Source: a virus (lineage: Duplodnaviria; Caudoviricetes). Taken from it: a DNA stretch of 64,000 nucleotides. The stretch spans positions 50,119 to 114,118 of the IMG/VR virus record IMGVR_UViG_2509276065_000002, one strand, 5' to 3'. Of this stretch, positions 56,166-64,000 are shown in pieces (position 1 is the first letter of the stretch; each line of letters opens with the position of its first letter). The position numbers were made by a program, and so were the translations under genes. The notes below the pieces were generated by a model. That model saw only the letters and a program-made list of their open reading frames with translations, ran no database searches and was not told where the DNA came from.

Positions 56166-56443
56166 AGCAACGGCTCACCTCGTTTCACTTTCAGGAAGCG
56201 GCGCACTTCGCCCTGCTCCCAGTCGAGGGTGTAATCGGTCCAGCCGAGGTGCCGGGCGCACACGCGCCCTTCGCGCTCGGCTTTCTCTCCGCTGAAGTCG
56301 CCGTCGTTGCGCCAGAGGGTCAGGGTGTCAGGCGCGGCAGACACCCGGATCTGCAAGCCGTTGCGCAACGCCAGGCCCTGCGTGCGGTTCAGCTTGGCGG
56401 CCATGGCGAGTCTGGCGTGCAGCAGGTCACCGAGCCGACTCAT
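56162..56443 (-). CDS. hypothetical protein
   Basis: GAGG RBS; ATGA coupling. Confidence 0.55.
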   Translation of the reverse strand: MSRLGDLLHARLAMAAKLNRTQGLALRNGLQIRVSAAPDTLTLWRNDGDFSGEKAEREGRVCARHLGWTDYTLDWEQGEVRRFLKVKRGEPLL

Positions 56444-56670
56444 GGCCCACCTCGTTCCTGCAGTTCGGTGGCCAACAGCGCGAGCAGCTCCTGCGTCTGG
56501 TTGGAGCTCAGTTCGACCCACGTGTACTTCCAGGGCTGGCCGGCATCGACGCGTTTCTGTGCGCGTTCGAGGGCCAGCATGGGCAGCACCTGGCCACGCT
56601 TGATGCGCCGTCGGTTCACGACCGCGCGCAGAGTGGCGAGGTGTTCGGGCGTGACGAACACGGTACTCAT
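56440..56670 (-). CDS. hypothetical protein
   Basis: ATGA coupling. Confidence 0.55.
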   Translation of the reverse strand: MSTVFVTPEHLATLRAVVNRRRIKRGQVLPMLALERAQKRVDAGQPWKYTWVELSSNQTQELLALLATELQERGGP

Positions 56671-57125
56671 TCGTCATCGTCCTCCTCGTCATCCCCGTCT
56701 TGCTGATTGCCTTGGCGAGCGATCTCATCGAGCGAGGGTTGTGCGGGCGTGCTGCCATCGGCGGTGCACTCCAGGCGCAGGTCGCACACGCGCAGCAGCT
56801 CATCCACTCCAATGCCCGCTGCGTGAAGTTCGTCGAGCTTGACGCTCACAGGGAACGTCATCGTGCCGTCCTTGTTGTGGATGGTGGTGTTGCCGTGCAA
56901 GGTGGCCGGGACCGTGTGGTTTTTCTCGTCGTATGTGCGCTCCCGGTGCTTGACGACCAGCTTCAGCCCATCGGCTTTTTTCGCGGCGAGCATCGTCAGC
57001 AACGGGAAGTCCCCCACCGGCGACATGGTGTACTTCGCGACCCACCCGGCGTGGTGGGTGTCCTTGACTTCGGCGCGGCTGGCTTCGACGGTAAAAATGG
57101 CGTACATCGGAAACTGCTGCGTCAT
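56667..57125 (-). CDS. hypothetical protein with acidic tail (possible ssDNA-binding role)
   Basis: GGAGG RBS; beta-rich; ends DGDDEEDDDE; near the ERF gene. Confidence 0.55.
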   Translation of the reverse strand: MTQQFPMYAIFTVEASRAEVKDTHHAGWVAKYTMSPVGDFPLLTMLAAKKADGLKLVVKHRERTYDEKNHTVPATLHGNTTIHNKDGTMTFPVSVKLDELHAAGIGVDELLRVCDLRLECTADGSTPAQPSLDEIARQGNQQDGDDEEDDDE

Positions 57126-57172
57126 ACGTCCTCCAGGGGTGAAAGGGAGCGCAGAGCGCTCCCGGTCGGGGG

Positions 57173-57502
57173 TCAGTTGCCGAGGTACGCGCGGGTGGCG
57201 TCTTCGGTCGGGATGGATTGACGTTCCGTGTGACGCGCGACGCGCCACTGGTCGACCAGCGGCCGAAGCTCGACGGTGCCCGTCAGGCGCTCCAGTGCCA
57301 TCGCGCCCTCACCGGGCGTCAGGTCATCCGTGCTGCTAAGGGAATGCGCGGGCAGACCGACCAGCCAGGCAGTGAAGTCCAGACGCTCCGCGCGCGTGAG
57401 TCCGCAGCGTTTGCTGAGGTGCTGAGCGAGGTTGATGCTGTCCCGTTTGGCGATGCGGGCCGTGCCCGTGCGGGGCACGTCACGCTTGCGCACGTCGGTC
57501 AC
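57173..57502 (-). CDS. hypothetical protein
   Basis: GGAGG near a GTG start. Confidence 0.5.
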   Translation of the reverse strand: MTDVRKRDVPRTGTARIAKRDSINLAQHLSKRCGLTRAERLDFTAWLVGLPAHSLSSTDDLTPGEGAMALERLTGTVELRPLVDQWRVARHTERQSIPTEDATRAYLGN

Positions 57503-58154
57503 CCTCCGTTTCGCTCTCACGCGCGGTGGGCGTGGCGAGCTGCTTGGCGGTCTCGGTCAGGATGGCCGCTTCGTCGACCGTCACTTCCGCGAACGATTTG
57601 ACGTTGCGCTTGAGGGTGCGGGTGGCGAACTGCAGGTGGTTGGTGTCTTCGTGCGGGGTGCCCGCGAATGCGTCGTTCAGGCGTTTGGTGAGGCTGGCCT
57701 GCTGGGTGGCGTTGAGCTTCTTGCCCTCGGTGGGCGTGGTGCTGGGTGCGGCCCGCACCGTCTGTCCGCTGGCGGCGTTGCCGTCGTCGTCATCGGCGAC
57801 GATGCCGAGCATGGCGCTGAGGGCGTACCTGCGCAGGTAGGTGATGGCGCTGCCGTAGCCTTGCGGGTCGTCCTTGACCAGGCGGCATTGGGCGGTGCTG
57901 CTGACGAACTCCCCCGAAGCGTGCAGCAGCATGGTCTCGAGTGCAGCGAAGCCGCTCTCGCACGCCACGGGCGCCTGCAGTACCGACAGCGCGTTATCCT
58001 GCAGTGCTGCTCGGCACGCGTCCCAGACGGCGCCGAGGTCGGCGTACTTGGTTCGGAAGGCCGGGTTGGTCGCGTCCTTGATGGCGACCTGCATGTTGGC
58101 TTGCGCAGTGACCAGCGCGACGGCGAGTTGTGCGATGGATTCGGATTGCTTCAT
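57480..58154 (-). CDS. erf: ERF-family single-strand annealing protein
   Basis: KDATNPAFRTKYADL, LLHASGE and PQGYGSAITYLRRYALSAMLGIVADDDDGN. Confidence 0.93.
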   Translation of the reverse strand: MKQSESIAQLAVALVTAQANMQVAIKDATNPAFRTKYADLGAVWDACRAALQDNALSVLQAPVACESGFAALETMLLHASGEFVSSTAQCRLVKDDPQGYGSAITYLRRYALSAMLGIVADDDDGNAASGQTVRAAPSTTPTEGKKLNATQQASLTKRLNDAFAGTPHEDTNHLQFATRTLKRNVKSFAEVTVDEAAILTETAKQLATPTARESETEGDRRAQA

Positions 58155-58402
58155 CAGTCCACCTCGCATGGGAAGGTCAGCGCCAAGCGCGCGCGAACGT
58201 ACTTGAGCTCACTCAGAGCAGCGGATTCGGCGTCCAGGGCCGCCTGGATTTCCAGGTGGTTGTCGGGTGCGCCCGGCTTCAGCGCTTCGAGGCGGGCGTG
58301 GCAACTGCGGTCGAAGGCGCGCTCCCAGTTCATGTGGGCCGCCCAGAGCAACGTGAGCGGGTGATCCGCAGGCAGTGCTTCGTCATGCGGGCAGCTCGTC
58401 AT
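58154..58402 (-). CDS. hypothetical protein
   Basis: GGAGG RBS before MTSCPHD. Confidence 0.5.
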   Translation of the reverse strand: MTSCPHDEALPADHPLTLLWAAHMNWERAFDRSCHARLEALKPGAPDNHLEIQAALDAESAALSELKYVRARLALTFPCEVD

Positions 58403-58718
58403 AGAGCCTCCCGAGGCGAATCGCGCGCCGCAAAAGAGAAATCCGCTTGCGGTCACCCGTGAGGTGCGTGACCTGCACGTCCACGATGTCGACGCAGCGC
58501 AGGGTGTGGCCGGCGAGTCGCACGCGGGGGCTGAAGGCCGTACGAACGACGGCGCGAGCGACTTCGCTGTCACTGAAGACTTCGCTTTCCCTGACTTCGG
58601 GCGTGGTGCTCTTGACATGGGCACGGATGACGTGGGCGATGCAGGGCACCAGGTGCGTCAGGTCACTCAGCGGGAAGGTGTGTACGCTGCTGCCGAGGTT
58701 CACGACGAGCCAGCTCAT
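58383..58718 (-). CDS. hypothetical protein
   Basis: Operon-packed ORF. Confidence 0.5.
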   Translation of the reverse strand: MSWLVVNLGSSVHTFPLSDLTHLVPCIAHVIRAHVKSTTPEVRESEVFSDSEVARAVVRTAFSPRVRLAGHTLRCVDIVDVQVTHLTGDRKRISLLRRAIRLGRLYDELPA

Positions 58719-58894
58719 CCGGTCACGTCCTCGAAGATGAAGTCGGAGGCGTCGAGCGGTGCGGCGAGCGGCTCACAACTCACGCCAGCGAGCCGGGCGC
58801 GGGCCCAGGCGACGACTTCCGGGCTGAGGTGCTGCACCAATCGTTCACGTTCACCGTCGATGCGCTGCAGGGTGTGGGGACAAGGCTGTACCAT
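58715..58894 (-). CDS. hypothetical protein (59 aa, not in ORF track)
   Basis: AGGAG RBS; MVQPCPHTLQRID...; ATGA coupling to the next gene. Confidence 0.55.
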   Translation of the reverse strand: MVQPCPHTLQRIDGERERLVQHLSPEVVAWARARLAGVSCEPLAAPLDASDFIFEDVTG

Positions 58895-58951
58895 GAATGT
58901 GTTCTCCTTTCGCCGCGCTCGGGTGCCAGCCCAATAGCGCGGCGTTTGGCT

Positions 58952-59323
58952 TCAGCGCGCGTGGCGCTGCCGGACGCCCTTGGGGGCGGGAGCGGTGAGT
59001 TTGAGTCGTGCCGTTTCGGGCATCGGTTCGGGTGTGACGTGTCCGCCCTGGTCGAGCCAGCGGCGGACATGCCAACGGGGAATCAGGGTGCGGTTGCCTA
59101 CACGGGTGACTTTGACGATCGTCAGGAACTCAGCGGAATGCACCAGCGCGTAAACGGCGCTTTTGCCGATCTGCAGGTATTCGCCGAGCTGCTGGACGGT
59201 AAAGACGCCATCGTCGTCCGGGGTGAGTTGAGCAGTGGCAGGTGCCGTTTCAGCTATGGCTTTCCGGGCAGCTCGTTCTGCAACGTCTTCCAGCAGGGCG
59301 TCGATGCTGAGCTCCGGAGTCAT
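58952..59323 (-). CDS. excisionase-like HTH protein
   Basis: FTVQQLGEYLQIGKSAVYALV...RVGNRTLIPRWHVRRWL. Confidence 0.75.
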   Translation of the reverse strand: MTPELSIDALLEDVAERAARKAIAETAPATAQLTPDDDGVFTVQQLGEYLQIGKSAVYALVHSAEFLTIVKVTRVGNRTLIPRWHVRRWLDQGGHVTPEPMPETARLKLTAPAPKGVRQRHAR

Positions 59324-59361
59324 GGCGTCACGTTCATGTCGGACGTCCCGCTGTACGCCGC

Positions 59362-59598
59362 TCATGCGACGTCTTCCTGTTCATTTCGCTCAGCTTCCCA
59401 ACGATCCATAAGTACACGCATGGAACCGGGCAAAATTTTTTCGAGCTTGAACAGGTTTTCGCCGCTGGGAAGCGCGTTTCCCCATTCCCAGGCGAAATAC
59501 GTGGCTGGGTTGACCCCGAGCTTCTTAGCGATCCTGTCGCCACTGAGCTTCTTTCCACGGTCATCCACCTGGGCCTCGCGAAGTTCGCGCAACGTCAT
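59362..59598 (-). CDS. Cro-like XRE HTH regulator
   Basis: LRELRE...IAKKLGVNPATYFAWEWGNALPSGENL; divergent from the repressor. Confidence 0.85.
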   Translation of the reverse strand: MTLRELREAQVDDRGKKLSGDRIAKKLGVNPATYFAWEWGNALPSGENLFKLEKILPGSMRVLMDRWEAERNEQEDVA

Positions 59599-59614
59599 GT
59601 CCACCTCCATCACA

Positions 59615-59644
59615 ATTATATATGCCTGCAAACATATAAGTCAA
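59615..59644 (-). promoter_or_regulatory. lytic (cro) promoter with embedded operator-like palindrome
   Basis: TTGACT-N18-TATAAT; TATATG-N8-CATATA at 59619-59638. Confidence 0.8.
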
Positions 59645-59765
59645 CGCATGATTAGAAGCCGTGTTGCATGTCTGCACCTGTTGTGAGGGGCCTTTCTATG
59701 GGTCTACGCTTATAAGGTGACGCATACGGGAACGTGCGTAAAAGTCAACGCGTATAGGGGTGCAT

Positions 59766-60452
59766 ATGGTCATGTCCTATCCCACTGCACCGACTTCCCG
59801 CTGGCCAGAGGCCCCCGTGCCTAAAAAAGCGAAGGACAAGATTCCTCGCACCGAGCTCGAACGCATCCGGTTGGCGCTCGGTGACGACTTCACCCAGCAG
59901 CGCATCGCGGAACGCATCAGTGAAATCATCGGTGAGGAGATCACCCAGCCGGTCGTCTCTGCCTGGGAACGCATGACCGTCAAAGACTGGCGCAAAGTCG
60001 ACCGTGACCGGCTGCGGGTCTACGCGCAAGTGCTTGGAATCACCACCCGACGGTTCGAAGAACTCATCGGTTTCAAGCCCGGCGAGTTGTTCATCGACAA
60101 CCTAGTCGCTCCGGAATACATCGAAGAACAGTTACGGCGCGTGCACGAACACCGGCGAGTCCAGCACATCGAACTCGACCGACCCGTATATGGGGAATTC
60201 CCGATTCGCGAGTACCCAGCGCCCTACAAGGTCACGCTCACCGTCGACCTCACTCATGACAAGCACGTCCGTTCGGACCCGAGCTGGATCCTGATGGAAC
60301 ACGGCGGGATGCTCTACATCTTTACGTCCACCCACATCCCACGCGAAGCACTCAGGGATTTTCGTTACGTGGGCGTCGTTGTGCGTGTGGACTTCTCAGT
60401 TGGCCCAGCCGCGCCTGCAGAACCGCGTACTCGGGAAGGTCACGAGCAATGA
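59766..60452 (+). CDS. CI-like repressor (XRE HTH, atypical C-terminal domain)
   Basis: FTQQRIAERI...ITQPVVSAWER HTH; divergent from cro; start uncertain. Confidence 0.8.
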   Translation: MVMSYPTAPTSRWPEAPVPKKAKDKIPRTELERIRLALGDDFTQQRIAERISEIIGEEITQPVVSAWERMTVKDWRKVDRDRLRVYAQVLGITTRRFEELIGFKPGELFIDNLVAPEYIEEQLRRVHEHRRVQHIELDRPVYGEFPIREYPAPYKVTLTVDLTHDKHVRSDPSWILMEHGGMLYIFTSTHIPREALRDFRYVGVVVRVDFSVGPAAPAEPRTREGHEQ

Positions 60453-60579
60453 TGGTAAAGGAATAGCCCTCCCCCACCGAACGCAGATCAGCACGCAAGC
60501 GTAAGAGTTCCTCCAGTTCCTCCAGGCTCACCCACCTGATGAGCAGTCGCTCTTCGGAATTCGCCTCTTGGCTGCTCAC
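60352..60579 (-). CDS. small ORF (75 aa) antisense to the repressor 3' end
   Basis: GGAG 8 nt before the GTG; overlaps the repressor by about 100 nt. Confidence 0.35.
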   Translation of the reverse strand: MSSQEANSEERLLIRWVSLEELEELLRLRADLRSVGEGYSFTIIARDLPEYAVLQARLGQLRSPHAQRRPRNENP

Positions 60580-60728
60580 GCAACAACTCCATTTCCCTAC
60601 AACAAGAACGGAGTGTTACAGCTCCCACCACGTGGAGCGACCGCGACGCGTAGGTGCTGTGCCTGGATACCCATACCGAAAGCATACAGGCGCCTGAGGG
60701 CGCCCGCATGACAATCCCAGACAGCTTT

Positions 60729-60881
60729 TCAGCGCAACGGTTTCCAACTTTGCTGCATCGTCAGCGAGGAATAGCAATCCCCTCCGCACGGAGGAATCGC
60801 TGCAGCAGGAGCAGCAGCAGCAGCGATCGTGAAGGCGGCAATGACGAGCCTGACAAACCGTGACAACAGATTTTTCAACAT
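60729..60881 (-). CDS. secreted signalling pre-peptide candidate (50 aa, not in ORF track)
   Basis: MLKNLLSRFVRLVIAAFTIAAAAAPAAA|IPPCGGDCYSSLTMQQSWKPLR; leaderless TAGGCT-N6-ATG. Confidence 0.75.
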   Translation of the reverse strand: MLKNLLSRFVRLVIAAFTIAAAAAPAAAIPPCGGDCYSSLTMQQSWKPLR

Positions 60882-60943
60882 ACCGCCAGCCTAAAACGTC
60901 ACGTGACCAAATGCCACCAAAAACCTGTCACGGTTTGTCAGGC
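60848..60943. repeat. perfect 18-bp inverted repeat flanking the peptide-gene promoter
   Basis: GCCTGACAAACCGTGACA (60848-60865) and TGTCACGGTTTGTCAGGC (60926-60943); GTCACGTGAC palindrome at 60898-60907. Confidence 0.9.
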
Positions 60944-60951
60944 GTCTCGCC

Positions 60952-62436
60952 TTATTGATTGGTCGCCACACGCAGCGCACCTTTCAGCTGAACGCGTACA
61001 TCGTCGGAAAGCATCTCCAGCACACCTTCGTACGCGTTGTTCCAGCTGTGAATCTCATCCACTGCGCCGTAATCACGCGCAGCGCGGGCCAGACGCAACA
61101 AACTACGCGCAACCAACCCCATGTTGACCGGATGGCCGAAGCCAATGTTGGACTGCTGGTCCGTGAACCGTCTGAATTCGGTGGTCGTGAATCCCTCAAG
61201 CTCCGCCAGCTCCGGAGCGAGGTAGCGCAACACCAAAATCCGCCCGACCCGGCCGGGCATCTCGAAGCGGATCCGTCCCATCGCCACCTGCTTACCCACC
61301 AGAAGAGGCGTCGACGCCACGAGCGCCGAGACATCCGGGTGAGCATTCGGCGCGAGCCCGGCCAGGACCAGGTACTCAGGCGCAATCCGATGCATCAACC
61401 GCAACACAAAATGCGTCCGCGGCATCGCCTCCAGGGCCCCGCGCAGCACGCCCGGCAATGCCAGCGGATCACGGCAGGGCGCGCCATGCATTAAGGCGCC
61501 CAGCAGGGCGAACGCCCACAAGGCGCGTTGATCGGGCGCCCTGGGAACCTGCCCCTCCAGCATTCGCGCACCCACCGCCGCCATGCCCGGCCGGCGCACG
61601 TACGCCAGCGCCTGCACCAACCGTGCGTAGGTCGCTTCGGGCTCACCGGTGATCTCACCGAGGGTGATGTCCTCGTCATGCATCAGCAGACCCACGATGC
61701 CGCGCGCGATTTCACCTGCGCCTCCAGCCTCCCCTTCACGAGGAACTTCCCCGGTGTGCAGCAGCAATGCGTTCAGCAGCTCCCGCTGCTGCTCATGATA
61801 AGTCGCCCCACGTTGGAGGATCTCCATGGCATGCGCGTAGTCTCCCGAAAGCATCAATCCTTCAGCGAGTACCGCCTCGCCGAACGCCCGACGCCGCGGA
61901 CTGATCGAGTCACGCGCCAGAACCAGGCGCAACCGGTCCGGGTTCGCTTGACCGACCAGGTTGCTGACCCGTTCCAGCTCCAGGCTCAAGATGTCGTCCT
62001 TGTGCTGCATGCCGAGTTGCTGTGCGAACGCCAGCGAAATGCGCAGGTACGTCAGACCGGCCTGAGGGTCGCCGGATTGCGTGTACGCCATGGACAAGCC
62101 GTGGTAGGCGTGGCAGGACCCCTCCAGGTCTACCCTGCGCGATCCGCCTGGCGTGAAGCCGAGCCGGATCGCCTGCTCATGCAAATTCAGTTGCGCCAGC
62201 ATCATCAGCCGCCAGCCGCTCGCCAGGTTCCCCGGGACGTCCTCCAGGGTCGAGAGCGATGCAGCGAGATCACCTTGCGCTCCGAGGCACATCGCGTAAC
62301 GCGCTCGACCCAGTGGATCTTCACGTGAGATGAGCGTGCCCTGGAGTTCACGGGCGCGGCCGCTGCCGAGAAGGGCATCAAACGAAACAGGATCATTCAA
62401 AGCGAGTTCGGATTTGCTGAGGCGCTCTTGCTCCAC
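60952..62436 (-). CDS. TPR-like alpha-helical protein, candidate peptide receptor/regulator
   Basis: TPR-like segments AYHGLSMAYTQSGDPQAGLTYLRISLAFAQQLG and VLAEGLMLSGDYAHAMEILQR; GGAG RBS. Confidence 0.7.
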   Translation of the reverse strand: MEQERLSKSELALNDPVSFDALLGSGRARELQGTLISREDPLGRARYAMCLGAQGDLAASLSTLEDVPGNLASGWRLMMLAQLNLHEQAIRLGFTPGGSRRVDLEGSCHAYHGLSMAYTQSGDPQAGLTYLRISLAFAQQLGMQHKDDILSLELERVSNLVGQANPDRLRLVLARDSISPRRRAFGEAVLAEGLMLSGDYAHAMEILQRGATYHEQQRELLNALLLHTGEVPREGEAGGAGEIARGIVGLLMHDEDITLGEITGEPEATYARLVQALAYVRRPGMAAVGARMLEGQVPRAPDQRALWAFALLGALMHGAPCRDPLALPGVLRGALEAMPRTHFVLRLMHRIAPEYLVLAGLAPNAHPDVSALVASTPLLVGKQVAMGRIRFEMPGRVGRILVLRYLAPELAELEGFTTTEFRRFTDQQSNIGFGHPVNMGLVARSLLRLARAARDYGAVDEIHSWNNAYEGVLEMLSDDVRVQLKGALRVATNQ

Positions 62437-62785
62437 TGGTATCTCCCCATTGGACTGCAGTTCTATGACTTGTCCTCACTCTAGCGACAGGCCAGATCGG
62501 TTGACGCGTAAACTCTCACATCACTCACAGGCCTTTGGAATTCAGCCTGTCGAGCCACGGTTTCTGAATAAAGTGTGAAGTGAACGGGCCGACAGCGTAT
62601 ATGTATCCGCAAGTATGTTTTTACGCATAAAAAATGTAACACTGAGTGCGAGAAGCTCAACTACGGCAGAAAAGCCAAGTATTCCCCAGTGCCAGCATCG
62701 AACCACACGACTTGGAGAGCACATGAAGAAGTCCCTGCCCGTCATTGCCGTGACTGTCCTTCTCAGAATGTAAGTAAGAGTAACC

Positions 62786-64000
62786 ATGAGAAAAAGTGCG
62801 AACGGTGAAGGCACCATCTATAAACGCAAGGACGGCCGCTACGAAGCTCGGATCACCGTGGGCCGGACCGAGCAGGGGCACCCGCGGCGTATCAGCAAGA
62901 TCAGCCGTAAGCGCAAAGACGTCAGCGACTGGCTGTCCGAGCAGCTGGCGAAACGCAACGCGGGCGACCTCACCGAACCCAGCCGCGTGACTTTTGCCGG
63001 GTGGGTCGAGCATTACCATGCGAGCCTCACCGTTCGGCCAAACACCATGGACGACTACCACAAAGCGCTGGCGCCGGCCATTGAAACGCTGGGCCACGTG
63101 AAGCTGCGCGAACTGACCCCGGCCCGGCTGCAGGCCGCGCTGAACGAGTGGACGAAGAAGCGCACGGCGTACCAGAACCGCAAGACCGTGAAGCGCCTGC
63201 GGGCGACCCTCGCCGAGGCGGAACGGTTGGAGTTGATCGTCCGAAATCCCGCGCGCACCCTCCGCCTTCCGAAGACCGAAGCGCAGCAGATTCTGGTGTG
63301 GTGGGCGGAGGAAGCGCAGCAGGTGCTGGCGTACGCACGGGCGAACGATCACCGCCTCTTCCCTTTTCTGCACGTCAACCTCGTGACCGGCCTGAGGCGT
63401 GAGGAAATGCTCGGTTTGCGCTGGCAGGATGTGGATTTCGAGCATCATGAATTGCACGTCCGGCAGACCATCACCTTCATCGCTGGGAAGGCGGACATCG
63501 GCGAACCGAAAACCCCGAAGTCCCGCCGGACCGTGGACCTCGATGAGGACACCATCAACGTGTTGCGCACCTGGCAATCCCGCCAGCAGCTCGAGCGCCA
63601 GCTGGCGGGGGACCGATGGCAGCACACCGACCTGGTGTTCGCCACACCAGTCGGGAAAGCCTGGGCGGAAACCTACCTCGCCAAAGTATTCCGGTCGGTG
63701 ATGGAGGCGGCCGGCGTACCCCGCATCCGGCTGTATGACCTGCGGCACTGTTACGCCTCGATCGCGTACGAGGCAGGGGTGCCGCTGAAGCTGATCAGCG
63801 ACCGGATGGGACACGAGAACATCGCCTTTACCCTCAAGACGTACGTGCATTCGAGCAAGCGGATGCGCAAGGCGACCGCCTGGTCCGCGTCGCGGTTGTT
63901 CGGCAGTGCGGTGGATCGGGTGATGGCAGCCGAGGGCGGTGAGGGAAACGTTGCCGTCATGTTGCCGTCAAAGGGCAAAAAAAGACAGGACGCCAGCTGA
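62786..64000 (+). CDS. int: phage tyrosine integrase
   Basis: NGEGTIYKRKDGRYEA arm domain; TGLRREE, KT, YDLRH and RMGHENIAFTLKTYVH catalytic motifs. Confidence 0.96.
   Translation: MRKSANGEGTIYKRKDGRYEARITVGRTEQGHPRRISKISRKRKDVSDWLSEQLAKRNAGDLTEPSRVTFAGWVEHYHASLTVRPNTMDDYHKALAPAIETLGHVKLRELTPARLQAALNEWTKKRTAYQNRKTVKRLRATLAEAERLELIVRNPARTLRLPKTEAQQILVWWAEEAQQVLAYARANDHRLFPFLHVNLVTGLRREEMLGLRWQDVDFEHHELHVRQTITFIAGKADIGEPKTPKSRRTVDLDEDTINVLRTWQSRQQLERQLAGDRWQHTDLVFATPVGKAWAETYLAKVFRSVMEAAGVPRIRLYDLRHCYASIAYEAGVPLKLISDRMGHENIAFTLKTYVHSSKRMRKATAWSASRLFGSAVDRVMAAEGGEGNVAVMLPSKGKKRQDAS

Larger units (their letters stand above)
227..64000. mobile_element. temperate siphovirus-like prophage
   Basis: Complete ordered modules from integrase to lysis; no tail sheath gene; att sites not identified. 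Confidence 0.93.

Noticed and set aside
60654-60863. Plus-strand 69-aa ORF from the track
   Set aside because: It is the antisense of the signal-peptide ORF, which has a promoter and a coherent structure
62610-62635. TATGTTTTTACGCATAA upstream of the integrase as a DdrO/RDRM box
   Set aside because: Half-site spacing does not fit the 17-bp palindrome as I recall it; needs a PWM scan
62542-63850. Minus-strand ORFs 62542-62817 and 62657-63850
   Set aside because: Overlap or shadow the integrase; no independent support
1-64000. CRISPR array, tRNA/rRNA genes, IS transposase, DGR reverse transcriptase, attL/attR
   Set aside because: No repeat-spacer array, RNA gene, transposase or RT motifs seen. 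The window ends at the integrase stop, so att direct repeats cannot be paired

Overview
GC-rich window that is almost entirely one temperate siphovirus-like prophage, very probably from a Deinococcus-Thermus host. The host call is an inference from the leaderless TANNNT-N5/6-ATG genes and the GAF/PAS kinases. Most genes are on the minus strand. From right to left the modules are: tyrosine integrase (62786-64000); a lysogeny-control region; ERF recombinase, replication initiator with internal iterons, and DnaB; DNA methyltransferases, nucleases and a RusA-like resolvase; a plus-strand two-component island (pseudokinase, kinase, two response regulators); ParB-methylase and terminase subunits; an intein-containing portal; prohead protease, capsid, neck and tail genes, including a -1 frameshift chaperone and a 2900-aa tape measure protein with an NlpC/P60 domain; and an expanded lysis region with two secreted discoidin/beta-helix paralogues, a papain-like protease, an amidase, several membrane proteins and a lipoprotein. 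The most interesting locus lies between the cI-like repressor and the integrase. It holds a 494-aa TPR-like gene, then an unannotated leaderless 50-aa signal-peptide ORF (predicted mature IPPCGGDCYSSLTMQQSWKPLR) whose promoter is bracketed by a perfect 18-bp inverted repeat, then a small ORF antisense to the repressor 3' end. This receptor-peptide-effector layout resembles arbitrium (aimR-aimP-aimX), but in a non-Firmicute phage. No att sites could be identified in the window.
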